Positions 59,975 to 64,000 of a stretch of DNA of 64,000 bases are shown one piece after another. Below the pieces are notes generated by a model that was not told the DNA's origin, ran no database searches, and worked only from the letters and a program-made list of their open reading frames with translations. A program made the position numbers and the translations under genes. This DNA comes from Bacillota bacterium. GTDB lineage: Bacteria > Bacillota > Clostridia > Oscillospirales > Ruminococcaceae. Position 1 is the stretch's first letter. The number at the start of each line of letters is the position of its first letter. The stretch covers positions 13,478 to 77,477 of the forward strand of contig JAEZCT010000067.1 in NCBI GenBank assembly GCA_023433405.1, written 5' to 3'.

Positions 59975-62900
59975 ATGAAACGCGCCCTTTTGACTACCGC
60001 CTTTCGGGAGATAAAAAGAACCTTTAGCCGGTTTCTTTCCATCTTCGCAATCGTGGCTCTGGGCACCGGCTTTTTTGCGGGCGTAAAGGCCACCTCGTCG
60101 GATATGCTGCTAACCATCGACAACTACTTTGATGAATCCCGCCTTGAGGATTTTCACCTCATCTCCACCCTGGGCTTTGATGACGACGACATCAGGGCGG
60201 TGCGCGAGACGGAGGGGGTGGAGACGGCCATACCCGCCTACACGCTGGATGTTCTGGTGCAGCGGGGCACCAAGCAGGCGGTAATGCGTCTGCACTCGCT
60301 ATCAAAGAATTACCTGTATGACCCCGATTCACTCAACCGCCCTATCATTATGGAGGGGCGCCGTCCGCTCAAGGAGAACGAATGCCTGATTGACGCGACG
60401 GATGACCTTTATAAGGTTGGCGATACGGTCACCTTCTTATCCGGCACCGACGACCCGCTCACCGATTCGCTGCGGGTTACCACCTATACCATTGTAGGCT
60501 CGGTGCGCACACCCTATTATATTGAATATGCGCGGGGTAACACCAATATCGGCAACGGCAAGGTTTATTCCTTCTTTTATGTCCCCGAGGAGGCCTTCGA
60601 CCTGCCCGCCTACACCACGGTGTACCTTTCCGCCGAGGGCGCGCGGGAGGCGCAGAGCTATTCCGACGCGTACAGTAATATTATCGATACCATGACCGAG
60701 CGCCTTGAGGCGCTTGCCAAGGTGCGCGAGGGCGCACGGTACGAAGCAGTGCGGACCGAGGCGCAACAAACCCTGGATGATGCCCAAAAAGAGCTGGATG
60801 ACGCAAAGGCGGAGGCGGAAACCGAGCTGGCCGATGCTCGCGCAAAGCTGGACGACGCGCAGAAGGACCTTAAAAGCGGTCGTGCGGAGTATGCAGACGG
60901 GGTGAACACCTATAACACCGAGCTGGCCGATGCCCGCGCAAAGCTGGACGACGGCTACAAGGAACGCTTGGACGGGCAGGTCAAGTACATTGACGGACGG
61001 GAGGAGTTCCTGGCAGAGAGCGCCAAGGCGCGGGAAAAGCTCAGGGTCGCTGAGGCACAGCTTGCCGTCGGCGCGGCGGCTTATCAGCTGGGGCTTAGCG
61101 CTTATCAGGACGCCCAGTCGGTGTATAGCGCATTACGGGCAGCCCTAAAGGCAAACGACCCCGAAGCCGTAGGCGCGCTGCTTTCGCGGATAAACGCCAT
61201 CGATTCCAGTCTTGGCGAATATTTCGGGTACTATGCCTATGCGCCATCCGCCGAGACCAAGGCTGGAGCCAATGCGGCGCTGTCCGCCTTCGGTTCCGCG
61301 CTGTCGTCAAACAAGGCGGCGCTGGATGCCGCGAAGAAGGAGCTTGACGCCGCCAGAAGGCAGATACGCGACGGCTACAATCAAATCAGCGAGGCGAACG
61401 AGGAGCTTTATCGGGCAAAAGTTGACATCTATCAGGGCGGGCGTGACCTCATAGGCGGCGAAAAGGATTATGGTACCGCCATTACCGACGGGCAGGCCGA
61501 GCTTGCCGATGCCGCCGCGAAGCTGACCGACGGCGAAAAAGAGCTTGCCGACGCCGAGGCGGAGTATGCAAAGGCAAAGACGGACGCGGACCGGAAAATT
61601 GCCGACGCGCAGGCGAAAATTGACGACGGCAGAAAGGAGCTTGCCGCCCTCAAGCCCACCGAGTGGTATATCTTCGACCGCAGCGGCATACCCGCCAACG
61701 CGAACTATTATGACGACAGCCAGCGTATAGACGCGGTATCGCGGGTCTTTCCGGTGTTTTTCTTTCTTGTGGCGGCACTGGTGTGCCTAACCACCATGAC
61801 CCGTATGGTGGAGGAGCAGCGCACCGAGCTTGGCACCGTCAAGGCACTGGGGTACTCAAAGGGCGCCTCTGTGCAGAAGTTCTTTTTATACTCCGTACTG
61901 GCAAGCCTTGCGGGCAGCGCCTTTGGGCTTGCGGTGGGCTATCGCTTGTTCCCCGCCATTATCGGCTCGGTATACAACACCCTCTATAAAATACCGCCCA
62001 TCCTGACCCCGTTCCACTGGCAGGAGGCGGGATTTATTACCTTGGCAGCGGTGCTTGTCACCACGCTATCCGCCCTGCTTGCCTGCTATAAGGAGCTTGC
62101 GGAGCAGCCGGCCACCCTGATGCGCCCCAAGGCTCCCAAGCCCGGGCGGCGGGTTTTGCTTGAGCGTGTGGGCTTTATCTGGAAACGGCTGAGCTTTGTG
62201 CAAAAGGTAACCGTGCGTAACCTTTTGCGCTACAAGCGGCGCATTTTGATGACGGTTATCGGTATAGCGGGCTGTACGGCTCTAATGGTGGCGGGCTTTG
62301 GTCTGAAATACTCCATATCCTCTATCGTAACCAAGCAGTTTGGTGATATCTTTCTCTATAACGGCATGATTATGCTGGATGAGGACGCCAGCGCGGAGGA
62401 TAAGACTGCTCTTGCCGCCACGGTGGAGGCACAACAGAATATTACCAGCTCCTTATTTGTACGCCAGAGCACAATGACCGCCCTTTCGGGCAAAACCGAG
62501 TATGACGCGGTTTTGTTCGTACCCGAAGCAACCGAAAACATCGACGATTTTGCCGTACTGCGCAGCCGAAGCAGCCATGAGCCCATTCCCCTGGGGGATG
62601 AAGGCGCGGTTGTAACAGAGAAGCTGGCAAAAATGCTATCCCTGCAGGTTGGCGACACCATCGACCTGCGGGATGGAGACAACCGCCGGTATCAGCTGCC
62701 GGTCAGTGCCATTACCGAGAACTACTTTATGCATTATGTTTACATAACGCCTGCGCTCTATGAGCGCACCTTTGGCGAAGCATACAGCTGCAACACCCTT
62801 TTTGTGCGGCTTGCCGACACCCAGGAGACCGAGCAGGACAGGCTGTCCATCACGCTGATGGAGAATGACTATGTGTATGGCGTGTCGTTTAACAGCGGTG

Positions 62901-63334
62901 TCGTCAACAGCTTTAACGATATCTTCCGAAGTCTGGATGCCGTGGTGCTGGTGCTGATTGTTTCAGCTGGACTGCTGGCCTTTGTGGTGCTGTATAACCT
63001 CACCAACATCAACGTCACCGAGCGTATTCGAGAGATTGCGACCATCAAGGTGCTGGGTTTTTATGACCGGGAGGTCTCGGCCTATATCTACCGCGAAAAC
63101 GTGCTGTTAAGCTTCATCGGCATTGCCTTCGGGCTTTTGGGCGGGGTGTTTTTGCACAGCTATGTGATTACCACCGCCGAGATTGATATGGTAATGTTCG
63201 GGCGCGACCTTGGCTGGTACAGCTTTGTAATCTCCGCCGCGCTTACCCTCTTGTTCTCGGGGCTTGTAAATCTGGCTCTGCATTTCAGGCTGCGGCGCGT
63301 CAGCATGGTAGAATCGCTTAAATCCATCGAATAG
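59975..63334 (+). CDS. FtsX-family ABC transporter permease with two FtsX modules and a long coiled-coil extracytoplasmic insert
   Basis: N- and C-terminal four-TM FtsX blocks. The Ala/Asp/Lys-rich coiled coil has an internal 38-bp DNA duplication (ELADARAKLDD twice). Confidence 0.88.
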   Translation: MKRALLTTAFREIKRTFSRFLSIFAIVALGTGFFAGVKATSSDMLLTIDNYFDESRLEDFHLISTLGFDDDDIRAVRETEGVETAIPAYTLDVLVQRGTKQAVMRLHSLSKNYLYDPDSLNRPIIMEGRRPLKENECLIDATDDLYKVGDTVTFLSGTDDPLTDSLRVTTYTIVGSVRTPYYIEYARGNTNIGNGKVYSFFYVPEEAFDLPAYTTVYLSAEGAREAQSYSDAYSNIIDTMTERLEALAKVREGARYEAVRTEAQQTLDDAQKELDDAKAEAETELADARAKLDDAQKDLKSGRAEYADGVNTYNTELADARAKLDDGYKERLDGQVKYIDGREEFLAESAKAREKLRVAEAQLAVGAAAYQLGLSAYQDAQSVYSALRAALKANDPEAVGALLSRINAIDSSLGEYFGYYAYAPSAETKAGANAALSAFGSALSSNKAALDAAKKELDAARRQIRDGYNQISEANEELYRAKVDIYQGGRDLIGGEKDYGTAITDGQAELADAAAKLTDGEKELADAEAEYAKAKTDADRKIADAQAKIDDGRKELAALKPTEWYIFDRSGIPANANYYDDSQRIDAVSRVFPVFFFLVAALVCLTTMTRMVEEQRTELGTVKALGYSKGASVQKFFLYSVLASLAGSAFGLAVGYRLFPAIIGSVYNTLYKIPPILTPFHWQEAGFITLAAVLVTTLSALLACYKELAEQPATLMRPKAPKPGRRVLLERVGFIWKRLSFVQKVTVRNLLRYKRRILMTVIGIAGCTALMVAGFGLKYSISSIVTKQFGDIFLYNGMIMLDEDASAEDKTALAATVEAQQNITSSLFVRQSTMTALSGKTEYDAVLFVPEATENIDDFAVLRSRSSHEPIPLGDEGAVVTEKLAKMLSLQVGDTIDLRDGDNRRYQLPVSAITENYFMHYVYITPALYERTFGEAYSCNTLFVRLADTQETEQDRLSITLMENDYVYGVSFNSGVVNSFNDIFRSLDAVVLVLIVSAGLLAFVVLYNLTNINVTERIREIATIKVLGFYDREVSAYIYRENVLLSFIGIAFGLLGGVFLHSYVITTAEIDMVMFGRDLGWYSFVISAALTLLFSGLVNLALHFRLRRVSMVESLKSIE

Positions 63335-63384
63335 GGCTGCGTGGCTCGTTGAAGGCGAACAGGCTGCTTTGATTCAAAAATGCT

Positions 63385-63430
63385 AAACCGCGCGGCGGTG
63401 CGGAGTATTGCCGCCGCGCGGTTTGGCGTT
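63385..63430 (+). terminator. Intrinsic terminator after the permease gene
   Basis: AAACCGCGCGGCGG, a 12-nt loop, CCGCCGCGCGGTTT. Confidence 0.65.
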
Positions 63431-63459
63431 TAACTTTACCAGGCTTCTTTTAACATTTT

Positions 63460-63560
63460 ATACTAATATCGGATTTAAAAGAGTATAAAAATCAAGTGAA
63501 AAGCTTTAATTTATGGGTTTTCACGCAGATTTTTATCGACTCTTTTTGAGGAGATAGTAT
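63460..63560 (+). repeat. Family A palindromic interspersed repeat, copy A12
   Basis: atactaatatcggatttaaaagagtataaaaatcaagtgaaaagctttaatttatgggttttcacgcagatttttatcgactctttttgaggagatagtat. Confidence 0.9.
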
Positions 63561-63635
63561 TAGAACGAAATTAGGTTAAGCAGCCCATTAACCGCGTATC
63601 TCTTCCTCAGAATGTTTGAAAGGTGTGAAGGCAAC

Positions 63636-63881
63636 ATGCGAAAGGTAAAGTTAACCGTTACCGCCGCAAAATGCAGATGCGGGTACCATAAAGCCGGCGA
63701 TGTTTTTATTGTAGAGGATTTATGCCCTCCGCTGTGCCATGAATTATGGAGTGCCATTTATCCTTCTGTCTACACTCTGTTAAATGACGGAAGCTTGGAT
63801 TGCGGGGAGACAAGGGGTAAGTTTTTTGATGCAAAATGTCCGGATACCGGACGGGTCGAGCTCCATGGAGAGGTGGTATAA
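63636..63881 (+). CDS. TIGR04076-like small Cys-rich protein
   Basis: KVKLTVTAAKCRCGYHKAGDVFIVEDLCPPLCHELW matches my memory of the TIGR04076 family pattern. The start is trimmed to MRKVKL. Confidence 0.7.
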   Translation: MRKVKLTVTAAKCRCGYHKAGDVFIVEDLCPPLCHELWSAIYPSVYTLLNDGSLDCGETRGKFFDAKCPDTGRVELHGEVV

Positions 63882-63886
63882 AGTGA

Positions 63887-64000
63887 TGCGGATTGAAGAG
63901 ACTTTTAAGCCAATGGAAAAGGCAGGCATTTGTAATGATACCTTGCGGGCATTGCCTGATTGGTTTGGCATAGAAGCAAGCATTGTCGACTACACCAACG
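63887..64000 (+). CDS. GNAT-family N-acetyltransferase, N-terminal part (3' end outside window)
   Basis: The open frame runs to the window end. LRALPDWFGIEASIVDY is a pattern common at the N-terminus of a GNAT subfamily. Confidence 0.5.

Overview
This is a GC-rich (roughly 55-60% by eye) chromosomal segment from a spore-forming, anaerobic Clostridia-type Firmicute. Supporting genes are spmA/spmB, ypeB, abrB, a BclA-like collagen protein, anaerobic nrdDG and a sensory [FeFe]-hydrogenase. I count about 50 protein genes. Positions 4033-16349 hold a nine-gene minus-strand branched-chain amino-acid operon, ilvB-ilvN-ilvC-ilvD-leuA-cimA-leuC-leuD-leuB. The rest is mixed housekeeping and accessory: three c-di-GMP turnover proteins, cheW, three ABC systems, thiI plus a cysteine desulfurase, a short-CHR chromate transporter pair, an orphan pilin, an IlvD/Edd paralogue with a FadR-type regulator, an HTH-fused N6-adenine DNA methyltransferase next to an HD hydrolase, and mscL. 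I saw no rRNA, tRNA, CRISPR array, transposase or integrase. Several signals are not explained by the gene list:

- **Family A repeats:** 12 copies of a ~100-115 bp imperfect-palindrome (MITE/REP-like) repeat, all intergenic. One copy sits inside the loop of a terminator hairpin and others sit inside operon spacers.
- **Family B repeats:** 3 copies within 8 kb of a ~340 bp hairpin-rich noncoding repeat. One copy carries a structured 94-bp insertion exactly at a hairpin loop.
- **ilv leader:** a near-consensus promoter, a 35-codon Ile/Val-rich leader ORF and an intrinsic terminator lie upstream of ilvB. This looks like ribosome-mediated attenuation, or alternatively a small membrane peptide gene.
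- **Hydrogen-sensing module:** a HydS-type sensory hydrogenase with a PP2C phosphatase, split by a Family B copy.
- **Fusion protein:** a single 1175-aa ORF fusing CinA, a class-B-like sortase and a SpoIID domain, next to a collagen-like exosporium-type gene.
- **Orphan transcription unit:** a promoter-to-terminator unit with no ORF, a candidate sRNA.

All functional calls rest on motif recognition by eye and none has been checked by a database search.
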